Shown here: positions 13,915 to 26,625 of the stretch, piece after piece
Layout of the letters: each line of letters starts with the position of its first letter
Numbering within the stretch: the stretch's first letter is position 1
NCBI RefSeq assembly: GCF_030144855.1
Contig: NC_082731.1
Location: 21,018,001 to 21,082,000, forward strand
Source: Hypanus sabinus
Taxonomy: Eukaryota
Length of the DNA stretch: 64,000 nt
Direction of reading: 5' to 3'
Position numbers and translations under genes: made by a program
The notes under the pieces: model-generated
Told to the model about the DNA's origin: nothing
Seen by the model: only the letters and a program-made list of their open reading frames with translations
Databases searched by the model: none

Positions 13915-14865
13915 GCCAATATTAATTGTATATATCATAAAAGGTTAAAAAGACACATAACCCATAATTCAGGATGAAGGAAAAATAATTCAGGAGCAAT
14001 CGGAGAACATGATACCTCAACAATATTAATAATTTAAAGTCAGCCCATAAACTAAAAGCAAAAAAATAAAAAGCAAAAGCGTGAAAAAAGATCCCTACCC
14101 CCTCCCCCAACCCCATGAAAAAAAGCCAAGCGGCAAGCGCATAAACTAATACTAATATTACCCCCATTTTTAAGATGGCAGCTCCATGAAAAGATTAAAA
14201 AAAACTATATAACACCCAAATTTAAATACAGGGTTGCAAAAAGAGAATATATATCAGTCAGAATGAAGAAAAAAATAATATAATAAAGGAAACGATCATT
14301 AATAAAAAGGTTAAACATTATAATTTGAAAGAGTGTAATATACCTTTAAAAAATTCCAGATTCAAATACAAGAAAAATGACGTTTTAAAAGCAAAGACTT
14401 ATGGGAAGAAGAAACGACATTTTGAAAAAACCATATTACAAAATATAGATGTAAGTTCAGCAATCTATTAAAAAATACAAAAAGTTATCAAAATAGGATT
14501 AAAAAGGATTTAATAGACATACAGTATATAGAAAAAGTCCAAAAAATCCAAAACATTCGTCCCATTTCCAAGTACAAGCAAACAAATAAATGCTTACGAG
14601 AAGCAAAGTCTTATGGGAAGAAGAAACGACATCTTAAAAAAAGTAAATCATTATTACAAAATATAAACGTTTATATCCAAAACAGAAAAAAGAATAAGAA
14701 AAAAGACATTATAGAAAAATTAAAAGAGCATCTATAAACCATGATAATAATTATAAAAAAACAGAATTATAGATCAGGGTAAGAGGCTATAACGCAGCTT
14801 CATAGGTTAAAGCCCAAAACGAAATGGCATCTTCTCTCCAAGAATTCTTCAACATAACACATAGT

Positions 14866-15715
14866 TCAACCTGTACTAGAAGGTCGATATTCTTCGACGA
14901 ATTTCTTCGCTTCATCTGGAGTGTTAAAGAATTGCTGACTGTTGTCATTCAACGTAATTCTGAGATTCGCTGGGTATCTTAGAGCTTGTTTAAGTCCAAT
15001 CGAATGAATCTCTGCCATCACTGGTTTAAAAGCAATTCTCGCTTTCATCACTTCAAATGAATAATCTTCAACAATACGAAACATGTAGCTTTTGTGAGAA
15101 ATCATACCTTTTTGACGAGCTAACCGGATTAAAAGCTCTGTCTCCCGAGGATGATGGAGGCGAACAATCACAGCTCGTGATTTGTCTCTCGCAGCTGAAA
15201 ATCTCGCAACTCTGTGAGCACGATCGATAACAGGTTTATCATGCAAACCTTCAGCACCGAAAATTTCCTACAACAAGTTAGAGAAAAATTCAGTTAAGAC
15301 ACCGGACTCAACTTTTTCGGGAAACCCGAGGATTCGCAAATTCTGTCTGCGAGATCGATTTTCAAGATCTGTAATTTTAGACTTATACTGATCTACTGTT
15401 TTAACAGTCGACAGTACGTTCTTCTCCAACGTTTCAATTGTACGTATTTTTTTCACGGATTATTTTTTCAAGAGTCGTGATCTTATCTTCATGTCGTTGA
15501 ATATCTGATGCCTGCGATTGAAGCTTAGTATCAAGCGATCTAACAACTCCTTCAAGTTCAGACATTTTCGTGGTAAGTTTGTTTTCCAAACTTGCCAGTT
15601 TACTTTCCATTTGACTTTCCAGTTTACTTTCCAAACTTGCAAATTTAGTATCCAGAAGATTAGAAATTGCGTCGAGAGATAAAGGATCCTTAGACGATTT
15701 CTTGCCTGTAGCCAT
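14866..15715 (-). pseudogene. L1 ORF1p (coiled coil, RRM, CTD), frameshifted
   Basis: ORF pieces 15434-15715 (heptad-rich), 15268-15456 (DLENRSRRQNLRILGFPE) and 14866-15246 (IDRAHR, VIVRLH, YPANLRIT) match L1 ORF1 motifs. Confidence 0.88.
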
Positions 15716-18700
15716 TTTAAGTTTGACGGAATTAAATCAAATATTGTTGTAGAAAAAAAAGTTAATCATAAGTATCAACCCATATGATTAAGTACGAAAA
15801 GATTTGTTTGAAGGGTGATTATAGTTGAAACAATGAAGAGCGCCTAAAAGGCAGATTTTTACGTCTCCATCTTGAAACTCCGCCCCAGTTTGTAGTTCTC
15901 GATGTCGGTTGTTGGAGGTCCTGGAGTTTCCGAGCCTCCCGGACGTTCATATCTGCGTCAGGTGCGCCGGACTGCAGCTCCTAAGGGACCGTGTAAGGGA
16001 ACTGGAGCTGCAGCTCCATGACCATCGTCTAGTCAGGCACAGTGAGGAGTTGTTAGAGAGGAGTTACAGGCAGGTGATCACACCAAGAGCACGGGAGGCA
16101 GATAAGTGGGTCGCCGTTAGAAGAGGGAAGGGGAAGAGTTTTGTACTAGAGAGTACCCCAGTGGCTCTACCCTTTGACAATAAGTACTGCTGTTTGAGTA
16201 CTGTTGGGAGGACTGCCTAACTGGGGGAAGCATCGGTGGTCGTGTCTCCGTCACAGAGTCAGGCCCTGTAGCTCAGAAGGGGATGAAAAGGAAGAGGAAG
16301 ACAGTAGTAATAGGGGACTCGATAGATAGATGATCAGATAGGCGATTCTGTGGAGGCGGTCAGTAGACGCGAATGATAGTTTGCCTCCCTGGTGCCAGGA
16401 TCTGGGATGTTTCTGATCGTGTCCAAGATATACTGAAGTGGGAGGCTGAGGGGCCAGAGGTCGTGGTACATATAGGTACCAATGACATAGGTAGGAAAAG
16501 GGAAGAGGTCCTGAAAGGAGAATATTGGGAATTATAAAGGGATCTGAGAAGAATGTCTACAAACGTAGTAATCCTGGTATTACTCCCTGTGCCACGCGAC
16601 AGTGAGAGTAAGAATGGAATGAGGTGGAGGATAAATGCGTGGCTAAGGGATTGGAGCAAAGGGCAGGGATTCAGGTTTCTGGATCATTAGGACCTCTTTT
16701 GGGGCAGCTGTGACCGTTACATAAAGGACGGGTTGCACTTGAATCTATGAGATCAATATCCTGGCGGGGAGATTTGTAAAGACTAATAGGGAGAGCTTAA
16801 ACTAGAATTGTTAGGGGGTGGGAATCAAATTGAAGAGACGAGGAGAGAAGAGATTAGTCCACAAATAAAGAAAGCTTGTAGAAAGTGGGTGAGGGAAGAT
16901 AGCAGGTGATAGAGAAAGAGAACGGTCAGACCAAATATGTAGGGGCGAAGGAAGAAGAAGTAGATAGTAAAACTGCTTGCACCGTCAGGGATAAACAGAG
17001 AGTCAGTGGTGGAGAATCTATTAAATGCATTTATTTTAATGCTAGTTGCATTGTAAAAAAAAAGTGCATGAGCTTAAAGCATGGATTCATACCTGGATAT
17101 ATGATGTTGTAGCTAGCAGTGAAACATGGTTGCAGGAGAGCTGTGATTGAAAAGTAAATATTCCTTGATTTCATTGCTTCGTGTGTGATAGAACCGGAAG
17201 GTCAAAAGGGGAGGGAGTGTGTTGCATTGTTTGTCAGAGAAAATATTACAGCAATATCTTGGCAGGACAGATTACCGGGCTCGTCTAGGGAAACAATTTG
17301 GATCGGATTGAGGAATTGGACAAGTGTAGTAACACTTATAGGGCTGTATTATAGACCACCTAATGGGGAACGAAAATTGCAGGAGCAAGTGGGAGAATGG
17401 GAAGCACATTCTGTAAAACGGCTGGATGGTTTGGAGTTTGTAAAATGCGTACAGGATATTTTTTGCAGCAATACATCGAGGTACCAACTACAGAAGCGGC
17501 AGTGCTGGATCTCCTGTTAGGGAATGAGATAGGTGAGGTGACGGAGGTATGTGTCGGTGAGCACTTCGGGTCCAGAGATCACAATAACATTAGTTTCAAT
17601 ATAACTATAGAGAAGGATAGGGTTGGATCCCGGTTTGAGATTTTTGATTGGAGAAAGGCTAACATTGAGAAGATGCGAAAGGATTTAGAAGGAGTGGATG
17701 GGGGCAATTTTATTTAGGGGAAGGATTTAGTAGAAAAAATAGAGGTCATTTAAAGGTGAGATTTTGAAAGTACTGAATTTTTTTGTTACTCTTATGTTGA
17801 AAGGATATGCTAAATGTTTGAGAGAGCCATGGTTTTCGAGGGATATTGGAAACGGTTCGGAAAAAGAGAGAGATCTACAATAAATATAGGCAGCAGGGTG
17901 CAAATGATGTGCTTGAGGAATATAAAGTATATAAAAGGAATCTTAAGGAAGAAGTCAGAAAAGCTAAAAGAAGATATGAGGTTGTTTTGGCAAGTTAGTT
18001 GAAAATAAATCCAAAGGGTTTCTGCAGTTATATTCATTGTAAAAAAGATAGTGAGGGATAAAATTGGTCCCTTCGAGAATCAGAGTGGACAGCTTTCTGT
18101 TGAGACAAAAGAGATGGGGGAGATTTTGAACAATTCTTTTGTTCTGTATGCACGAAGGCGTAGGATATTAAATTGTGTAAGGTAAGTGAAACAAGTAGCG
18201 TAGTTATGGAAATTATGATACTGAAAGAGGAGGAATTACTTGCGCTTTTAAATAATATAAAAGTGGATAATCTCCCGGGTTCTGAGAGGATCTTCCCTCC
18301 GAGCTTGAGGGAAATTTAGTGTAGAAGTAGCAGGGGCTCTGTCAAACATATTTAAAATGCAATTAGAAACGGGGATGGTGCCGGAGAATTGGCGTATTGC
18401 TCATGTGGTTCTATTGTTTAAGAATGGTTCTAAGAGTAAACACAGAAATTATCGGCCTGTAAGCTTTTCGTCCGTGGTGGATAAATTAATGGAAAGTATT
18501 CTTAGAGATGGTATATATAATTATCTGGGTAGACAGGGTCCGATTAGGAACAGTCAACATGGATCTGTGGGCGGAAGGTCATGTTTGACATATCTTACTG
18601 AATTTCTTTGTAGAAGCTGCTATGAAAGTTGACGAGGGTGAAGCAGTGGATGTTGTCTATATGGACTTCAGTAAGGCCTTTGACAAGGTTCCACACGGAA

Positions 18701-19979
18701 GGTCAGTAGGAAGGTTGAGTCGTTAGATATTAATATTGAAGTAGTAATCTAGATTCAACAATGGCAGGATGTGAGATGCCAGAGAGTAGAGATGGATAAC
18801 TGTTTTTCAGTTTGGAGGCCGGTGGCTAGTGGTGTGCCTCAGGGATGTTGTTTGACATATACATTAATGATCTGGATGATGTGGTGGAATATGCGATTAG
18901 TGAGTATGCAGATGATACTATGATGGGTGTCATTGCGGATAATGAAGTAGGTCTTCAAAGCTTGCAGAGAGATTTAGGCCAGTTGCAGAATGATCTGAAA
19001 GAATGGAGATGGAGTTTAATGCTGATAAGTGGGAGGTGCTACATTTTGATGGGAATAATCAAAACAGGACATACATTCTAAATGGTAGGTCATTGAGGAA
19101 TGCAGTACAACAAAATTATCTAGAAATAATGATGAATAATTCCCTGAAGGTGGAATCTCATGTGGATAGGGTGGTGAAGAAAGCTAATGGTATACTGGAC
19201 TTTATAAATCAGAGCATTGAGTATAGCTAGTATGTAATGTTGAAATAATACATGACATTTGATGAATCCAAATTATCGAGTATTATGTACCGTTCTGGTC
19301 ATCACAATATAGGAACTATGTCAACAAAATAGAGAGAGGAGATTTACTAGAATGTTACCTGGGTTCTAGCGCCTAATTTATAGAGAAAGGTTGAACAATT
19401 TAGAACTTTATTCTTTGGGACGTGGAAGGTTGCGGTGGGACTTGATAGAGGTATTTAAAATTATTTGGGGGATAGACCGTGTGGACGAGGGTAGGCATAT
19501 TTTTCATTAAATATAGGGGAGATTCAAGCAAGAGGACATAAGTTGAGAGTTAGGAGGCAAACGTTTAGGGTAACACGAGGGGGAGCTTGTGTACTCAGAG
19601 AGTGGTAACGGTGTGAACCGAGCTTCCAGTAGAAGTGGTAGAGACAGGTTCGATATAGTCATTTAAAAAAATGAATAGATATATGGACAGGAAAGGAATG
19701 CAGTGTTATGGGCTGAGTGCAGGTCAGTGGGACTAGGTGAGAGTAACCGTTGTGCACTGACTAGAAGGGCCGAGATGGTCTGTTTCCATTCTGTAATTGT
19801 TGTATGGTTATATGGTTATATAATTAAAAGACAAATGTCACTCATATGTGACATGGTTCGAGCATGAAAGTGGATAAAACGGGATGCTGCACGTCGAGCT
19901 GAGTCTCGGTTTCATTCATAATCGTGATAGTCGATGTGACAGCACCCTCAAATATAACATATTTTAAGACGTTAAATTG

Positions 19980-20170
19980 GGCAGATGCACCATGGCGGTG
20001 TATCTGCGACCCAGGTTCAATTTCCGCACTGCCTGTAAGAAGCTTGTAGGTTCTCACGCGAATGTGCGGATTTCTTGTGGATGCTTTGGCTTCCTCTCAT
20101 AATCCAGAAAAGGACTAATGACAGTTTAATAAGACATTGTTAATTAGATCGAGAGTAGGTTTTCTGGGTC
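19980..20170 (+). mobile_element. tRNA-derived V-SINE-like element, degenerate
   Basis: B-box-like ggttcaatttcc followed by the V-SINE core-like ctgtaagaagcttgtaggttctc...ggatttc...ggcttcctc. Confidence 0.55.
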
Positions 20171-20301
20171 AAATCAAGCTGGTTGCGAGTGATAATAAAT
20201 GCAAAAGTAATGCCAGTCATCACTTGAGCTGGCCGAAGCGCTAAATGTTCACGAGAAGTCTTTGCCTTGCTCAGATTCCTTGCCACTATGTGTTAAATAT
20301 G

Positions 20302-21400
20302 TGTTAGATGGGGTCTTTGGGAGCGGACCTAAGTGCAGGACACAGGAAACGGAGGTAGTATAAACAGAACAGAGTTTGTTGATGGTTACTCGGAAGGCCA
20401 GGGAGCGAAGACAAAAATGTTAACATGGACTTAAACTTTGGATAACAAACCGGTAAACACTGACTAGGACTTTGAGTCCGGCTCTACTTGTACTCGGATT
20501 TGACTTTCTCTCCGACTCGGGCACAAACTCCCTGACTTGACTCGGAGCTTGAATCTTGACTTGGACACAGCCTTGGACAAGGAACTTGGATATTGACTTG
20601 GACTCGACTAGGACTTGGATTTGGAACTGGGCTGGAACTCAGAGCTTGGAACTGGATCACGTTTGGATCCTGGAAATGGAATAACGCTTGGAGCCTGGAA
20701 CTGAAACACGGCATGGAGCCTGGAACTGAAATACGGTTTGGACTTGAACTTGGAGCACGAGCCTGGAATAGGAGTAGGACTCAAGCAACAAGGAGACAGA
20801 ATACCCAACTCGGAGTAGCGGCTAATGGCCGGACCTACTCAGCTGGAAGGAATTGGACAACAAAGGGACAGAACCACACAACGTCAGTCCATCCCTATCT
20901 AGGCTTGGAGTGGCGGCTAAACGACCTGCAAATCTCAGCTGGACGGCAGGCTCTCGAATAGGACCCAAGAACTTGACTGGGTGCTCGGAACTTGACTCAA
21001 CCCAGTAGTTGTCTCGAATCTGGTTCGGTACTTGACTTGACTAAGAAGACGGACCCTTATTCGTAGCAGCTCGAAACATGCATACCGCGCCGGCTACGGT
21101 AAGAAATAATCAGCCGGACATGAACACGACAAGATTCGCATCCCTACACAGAGTTACAGCAAAACAACTGGCATCCACAGGCACCGAGGCACCTTATAGT
21201 CCACAATTCACGGCGGCTCCGGTGGTGGTATAGAATTCTCGCATATCGGAGCGTGAATCGCCGGACTGGCTTCCGGTGACGCTCCAGCAAATGAGTAGCT
21301 GTAAGCCAGAGCTTATATGCTGCCACTTCGCAATGAAGATCAGTTTACGTAATCAGGGCGCCCAACGGAACACGGGGAAAAATAAATAACTGGAATGAGG
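20302..21400 (-). mobile_element. LTR-like remnant with internal degenerate tandem repeats
   Basis: The minus-strand end ...gtcctgcacttaggtcc...ccccatctaACA resembles a fish Gypsy LTR 3' end. No TSD found. Confidence 0.45.
20470..21050. repeat. Degenerate low-complexity tandem array (gacttg/gaactgg/gagcctgg units)
   Basis: Repeated gacttgga, gacttgact and ggagcctggaact units. The ORFs over it are low-complexity. Confidence 0.7.
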
Positions 21401-21469
21401 ATTCCACGGACCGGACTGTGATACTATTAACATGCGATCAGAGGGATTATGAAGCCATTAACATTAGAT

Positions 21470-24400
21470 CTATAGAACCATCGAATATTATAGCACATGA
21501 ACAGGCCTGTTGGCTCTTCTTGGCTGTGCCGAGCCATTTTTCTGCCTAGTTCCACTGACCTGCACCATATCCCACCATGCACCTCTCATCCATGTATCTG
21601 TTCAAGTTTTTATTAAATGTTAAAAGTGAGGCCGAATTTACCACTTAATCTGACAACTCATTCCACACTCTCACCACTCTCTGTGTGAAGAATCCTCCCC
21701 CCACCAATGCTCCCTTTAATCTTTCACTGCTTCACCATTAACTGATGTCCTGTTTTTTTTTTCCACTCCCGTTACCTCAGTGGGAAAAGCCTGCATGCAT
21801 TCACTTGATCAATACCCATCATAATTTTAGAGAACTCCATCAAATCACCCCTCATTCTTCTGTGCTCCAGGGAATAAAGTCCTTACCTTTTCAACCTTTT
21901 TCTGTAACTCAGTTTTTCATATACTGGCAATATCTTTGTAAACCTTGGCTGCACTCTTTCAACTTTATTAATACCTTTCCTGTAATTCGGAATTCAAAAC
22001 TGCACGCAATACTCCAAATTCGGCCTCACCGATGTCGTATACAACCTAACCATAACATTCTAACTCTTTTACTCGATACTTTGATATATAAAGTCAAATG
22101 TACCACAAACTCTCTTTACTGCAATATCTACCTGTGACAGCTCTTTTATGTAATTTTGTAAATATATTCCCAGATCCCTCTGGTTCTTCTCCACGCCTCA
22201 GTGTCTCACCATTTACCTTGTATGTTATACCTTATTTTTTTCTTCCAAAGTGCAATACATCACACTTGTATGTATTAAACTCCATCTGCCATTTTTCAGC
22301 AATTTTTTCCAGCTGGTCCAAATTCCTCTGCAAGCTTTGAAAGCCTTCCTCACTATCCATATCATTGTATCATCAGCAAATTTGCTGATCCAGTTTACCA
22401 CATTATAATCCAGAACATTTATATAGATGACAGATAACAATAGACCGTACAGTACCTCACCATGTATAACTAGCAACTGAATCATCCTAACTGACCTTCC
22501 AAACGGGACCTCGTCAAAGGCCGTACTGATATTCATGTGGACAACATCCCCTGCCTTTACTTCTTCCACTTCCCTTGGAACATTCACGATAGACTCTAAT
22601 AGATTTGTTAAACAACACACACACACAAAATGCTGATGGAACATAGCTGGCCAGGCAGCATTTATAAGAAGAAGCACTGTCGAAGTTTCTGGCCGCAGCC
22701 CTTCATTATGACTAACTGAAAGGAAAGATAGTATTAGATTTGAAAGTAGGAGGGGCAGGGGAAAATGCGAGATTATTGGAGAAGACCAGAGGGGGATGTA
22801 GTGAAGCTAAAAGTCGGCAAGGTGATTGGCAACATCGACACAGAGCTGGTGAAGGGAAAGGATCATGGGACGTGAGGGAGAAAGAAAGGGGTAGGGGAGC
22901 ACCTGAGGGAGATGGCGAACAGGCAGGATGATGGGCAGAAAGAGAGAGAAAAAGGAGGGGGAAGAAAACTAAATATATCAGGGATGGGGTAAGAAGCGGA
23001 GAAGGGGCATTAATGGAAGTTAGAGTAGTCAATGTTCATGCCATCAGTTTGGAGGCTACCCAGCCGGTATATAAAGCGTTGTTTCCCTATACTGAGTGTG
23101 GCTTCATCTTGTCAGTAGAGGACGCCATGGATGGACATATCACAATCGGCTCTGAATGGTGGTGAGGGAGGAAGTGTAAGGACAGGTGTAGCAATTGTTC
23201 CGCTTACAAGAATAAGTGCCAGTCAGGAGATCAGTGGGAAGGGATGGGGTGGGAACGAATGGACATGGGAGTAGCGTAGGGAGTGATCCCTGAGGAAAGC
23301 TGAAAGAGGGGGGAAGGGACAGAGGTGCTTGGTAGTGGGATCCCGTTGGAGGTGGCAGAAGTTACGGAAGATTATACTTTGGACCCGGAGGCTGGCGGGA
23401 TGATATGTGAGCACAAGGAGAACTCTATCCCGAGAGGGGTGGTGGGCGGATGGGGTGAGGGCAGATGTGCGGGAAATGGGAGAGATGCGATTGATAGCAG
23501 GGTTGATGGTGGAAGAATGGTAGCCACTTAGCTTAAAAAAGGAAGTCCTCTCCTTCGTCCTGGAATAAAAAAGTCTCCTCCTGCGAGCAGGCGTGGCGGA
23601 CGCTGAGGAATTGTGAGACGGAGATAGCATTTTTGTAAGGGACAGAGTGGGAAGAGGAGTAGTCCAGGTAGCTGTGAGAGTCAGTAGGCTTATATTAGAT
23701 ATCAGTAGATAAGCCATCTCCAGAGATGGAGACAGAAAGTTTAAGAAAGGGGAGGGAGGTGGCAGACATGGACCAGGTAAATTTAAGAGCAGGGTAAAAG
23801 TTGTAAGTAAAGTTAACGGAGTCAACGAGCTCAGCATGCGTGCAGGAAGCAGCATAAATTTAACAATAGGTGTTAAACATTACCTACCACGCACAAAACA
23901 GAGTTGATTTTCCCTAATATGTCCCTGTCTATGTAAATACTTTTTAGATCCTATCTCTTCGCATCCTTCTAGTAATTTACCTACTATCCTCGTCAATTTT
24001 AACGGCCTATAATTTCCCGGAATATTTTTTGAGATTTTCTTAAATAACTGAACAACACGAGCTATACCTCCAATCTTCGGAACTTCCCGGTAGATACCGA
24101 CATTTTAAATATATCTGACATGGCCCCTGCGATTTGAACTCTAGTCTCCTTCAAGGACCGAGGGAATACCCTTTCAGGTCCTGGGGATTTATCTGCTCTG
24201 ATTTACCTCAAGATGGCTCGTCCTCTTCAATTGGTATAGGTTCCATGACCTCACTACTTATTTGCCTTGTTTCCAATGACCCCAACCCAGTTTCCCTAAG
24301 TATACAGATGCAGAAAAAAACATTTATGATCTCCCCCATATTTTTGTTTCGTTATATTGCCGACCACTCTGATTTTCAAGAGGACCAATTTTATCCCTTA

Positions 24401-25050
24401 CTATCCTTTTGCTCTTAACATTCATGTAGAAGCTCTTAGGATTATCCTTCACCCTTACTGCCAGAACAACCTCATGTCTTCTTTTAGGTTTCCTGATTAA
24501 TTTCTTAAGTATTGTCTTACCCTTTTTATGCTCCTCAAGCATCTTATTTCCTCCCTGTTGCTTATACATGTTAAACATCACTCTCTTCTGCTTTATCAGA
24601 GTTACAATATCCCTCGAGGACCGAGTTTCCTTATTCTTATTCATTTTGCCTTTAACCCAGACAGGAACATACAAACTCTGCCCTCTCAAAAAGCCTTGAA
24701 CTTACCAACGACATCCTTGCCAGAGAACAACCTGCCCAATCTACGCTTTGTAGATCTTTTCTAATATCTTCAAATTTGGACTTCTTCCAGTTTAGAATCT
24801 CAACCTTAGATTCAGATCTAATTTTATCCATTATCAAGTTGAAACTAATGGCGTTATGTTCACAGGAACCCTACACAAACACTTCCGTCACCCGTTCTAA
24901 CTCGTTTCCTAATAAATTATCTAATGCTGTATCCTCTCTGGTCGGTACCTTTATATATTGATTGAGAAAACTTTCCTGAACACATTTTACAAACTCTGAC
25001 CCGTCTAGAACTTTAACAGTATGGGAGCCCAAAGCAGTATTTGGAAACGT
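21470..25050 (-). mobile_element. Degenerate CR1 LINE fragment, split by a Penelope-like element at ~22615-23853
   Basis: RT motifs STAFDEVPFG and WISKFADDT lie left of the insertion. EN/linker motifs (KRIVRDKIGPLENQSG, NELERVTEV) lie right of it. Typical 3' UTR at ~21470-21750. Confidence 0.82.
22615..23853 (-). mobile_element. Penelope-like element, 5'-truncated (RT C-terminus to GIY-YIG region)
   Basis: The minus frames give AASCTHAELVD, KPTDSHSYLDYSSSH and RVLLVLTYHPASLRVQSII, which are typical of vertebrate PLE RT thumb/linker. It ends in a (CA)n tract. Confidence 0.72.
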
Positions 25051-25079
25051 TACTGTCGCAACGTTTCGTTTCCTGCAGC

Positions 25080-26260
25080 TGTCGGCTATCTCTGTCATCT
25101 TCTCTCATCGAGGTCCCCAATTCCTCCCGCAGGTGTTGAAGGCCTTCTTTCAGGCCTGAGGTGCCTCGGTCAGCCTATCATCCGGCTACCACCCACAAAC
25201 GAACGGGCAAACGGAAAGGGTCAATCAGTACTTGGAGGCGATGTTATAAATAAACAAACCGTCTACCTGCACTGACCTCCTTGCGTGGGTTGAGTGCACA
25301 CACAACTCTCTGGTTAGTACAGCCATGGGAAGGTCTCCCTTCGAGTACTCCGTCGGATACCAAACCCCGCTGTTCCCCGGGCAAAAAGAGGAGATCGTGG
25401 TACCGAATATTCAGTCACATATCAATTGGTGCCTCAAAATTTGGGAGGAAACGCGCATGGCCCTGTTCAGATGAGCCGATCGCAATAGGAGAATTGCCGG
25501 TGACACCGCACTCCAGTGCCTGGGTATCGACCTGGGCCTTCATACAAAGAAATCTCCCTCAAAAACGAACCAATGAAACTCGCCCCACTCTTCCTGGGAC
25601 CTTTCAAGGTCGAAAGTAACATCAACCCCACAGCAGTCCGACTTAAACTACCAAGGTCTATGGACATCCATACTACTTTTCATGTTTCCCAATTATACAA
25701 ACTTTCCGTCTGGCCCATGTGTCCATCGACCGAAACCCCCCACACGCACGGATACACGACAACCATTCAGCATACACCAATCGGCGGCTACTAGATGTTC
25801 GCCGTCGGGGCAGGGGCCTCCAATACCTGGTCGACTGGTAAGGGTACGGCCAAGAGGAGCGTTCCTGGATTCCTGGCACCTTCATCCTGGACCTCTCCCT
25901 CATTCAAGACTTCCATCAGCACCATCCGGTCAAGCCTGGAAGCTCGCCTGGGGGCTCCCGTTGAGGGGCGTGGTACTATTATGGTCCCGTCTGTCAGTTC
26001 CCCATCTTACTGTTACCTCCTTAATTGGACCTTAATCGCTCGTCTGATTTCCATTCATTTCCAGTACCACTAATTACAGCACACCTGGTTCCCACTAGCA
26101 AGCAGAGGTTAAAACTCCGGCGTAACAGCCATGCTTTGCCAGTTCGGTGGTTGACTCTGGCGTGAGGAAACATGGTTTCTTGATTCCGTAGGGCTATCAG
26201 TTTTACGTTCCTCAGCATTAACTGGACACTCTACATAAACACTCTACACTCTACATTTTC
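25080..26260 (+). mobile_element. Gypsy (chromovirus/sushi-like) 3' remnant: integrase C-terminus, chromodomain, PPT and LTR-like segment
   Basis: [33 protein letters not shown] (GPY/F motif), then [28 protein letters not shown] (chromodomain). Purine tract gaggggcgtgg at ~25962 precedes an LTR-like sequence. Confidence 0.8.
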
Positions 26261-26269
26261 TGCGTATAA

Positions 26270-26625
26270 AGACACACCATCAAGGGTAGCTGCAAAATAC
26301 GGTAACTTCAAAAGAGGGCATGCATCATTGAGGATTCGGCCCCAGCAACCATCAACTACGATATGCCCTCACACTCAACTTTTCAGGAGCCGGTACTTCC
26401 ACTCTGCTATCAGATATCCGAAAGGATAATCAGCCTAAAACCCTGAGTTATTTATCTCCGCTCCATTTTGACACTGCTAATTTAAATTTATATAGACTTT
26501 TTATTGTAATGATTCGTAATTGTTATGCATTACAATGTACTGCTGATGCAAAACAGCAAATTTCAGGTCAGTATCTCAAATCGCAAAACGAATGCGGTAC
26601 ATGTGCGTATTTTGATAATACATTT
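26270..26625 (+). mobile_element. Rex1/Babar-type LINE 3' remnant (cassette B)
   Basis: atgccctcacactcaac...atcagatatccgaa is shared with 48720-48600 (rc). Typical tail tgttatgcattacaatgtactgc. Confidence 0.58.

Larger units (their letters stand above)
9738..15885 (-). mobile_element. Full-length L1-clade LINE, decayed, inserted in CR1 ORF1
   Basis: 15-bp TSD CAGTTTGTAGTTCTC at 9723-9737 and 15886-15900. It has a 5' end GGGCGGAGTTTCAAGATGG, ORF1 and ORF2 remnants, and an A-rich 3' tail. Confidence 0.92.
9290..19820 (+). mobile_element. Near full-length CR1-clade LINE (shark/ray HER1-like), degenerate, interrupted by the L1 at 9738-15885
   Basis: 5'UTR 9290-9720. ORF1 resumes at 15901 with a Cys zinc-finger part (HICVRCAG, LRDRVRELE) and an SGNH esterase (IGDS, CLPGARI, VVHIGTND). 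ORF2 APE/RT at ~17000-19600 (GLYYRPP, DFSKAFDKVPH, YADDT). 3' end ctgtttcc...ttatatggttata. The 5' boundary is approximate. Confidence 0.88.

Noticed and set aside
20593-20961. 122-aa Trp/Gly/Leu-rich ORF
   Set aside because: It is the translation of a degenerate tandem repeat inside an LTR-like remnant.
20302-21432. Solo LTR bounded by TGTTA...TAACA
   Set aside because: The flanks (tatg versus tgcg) give no TSD, so the right boundary is unsupported.
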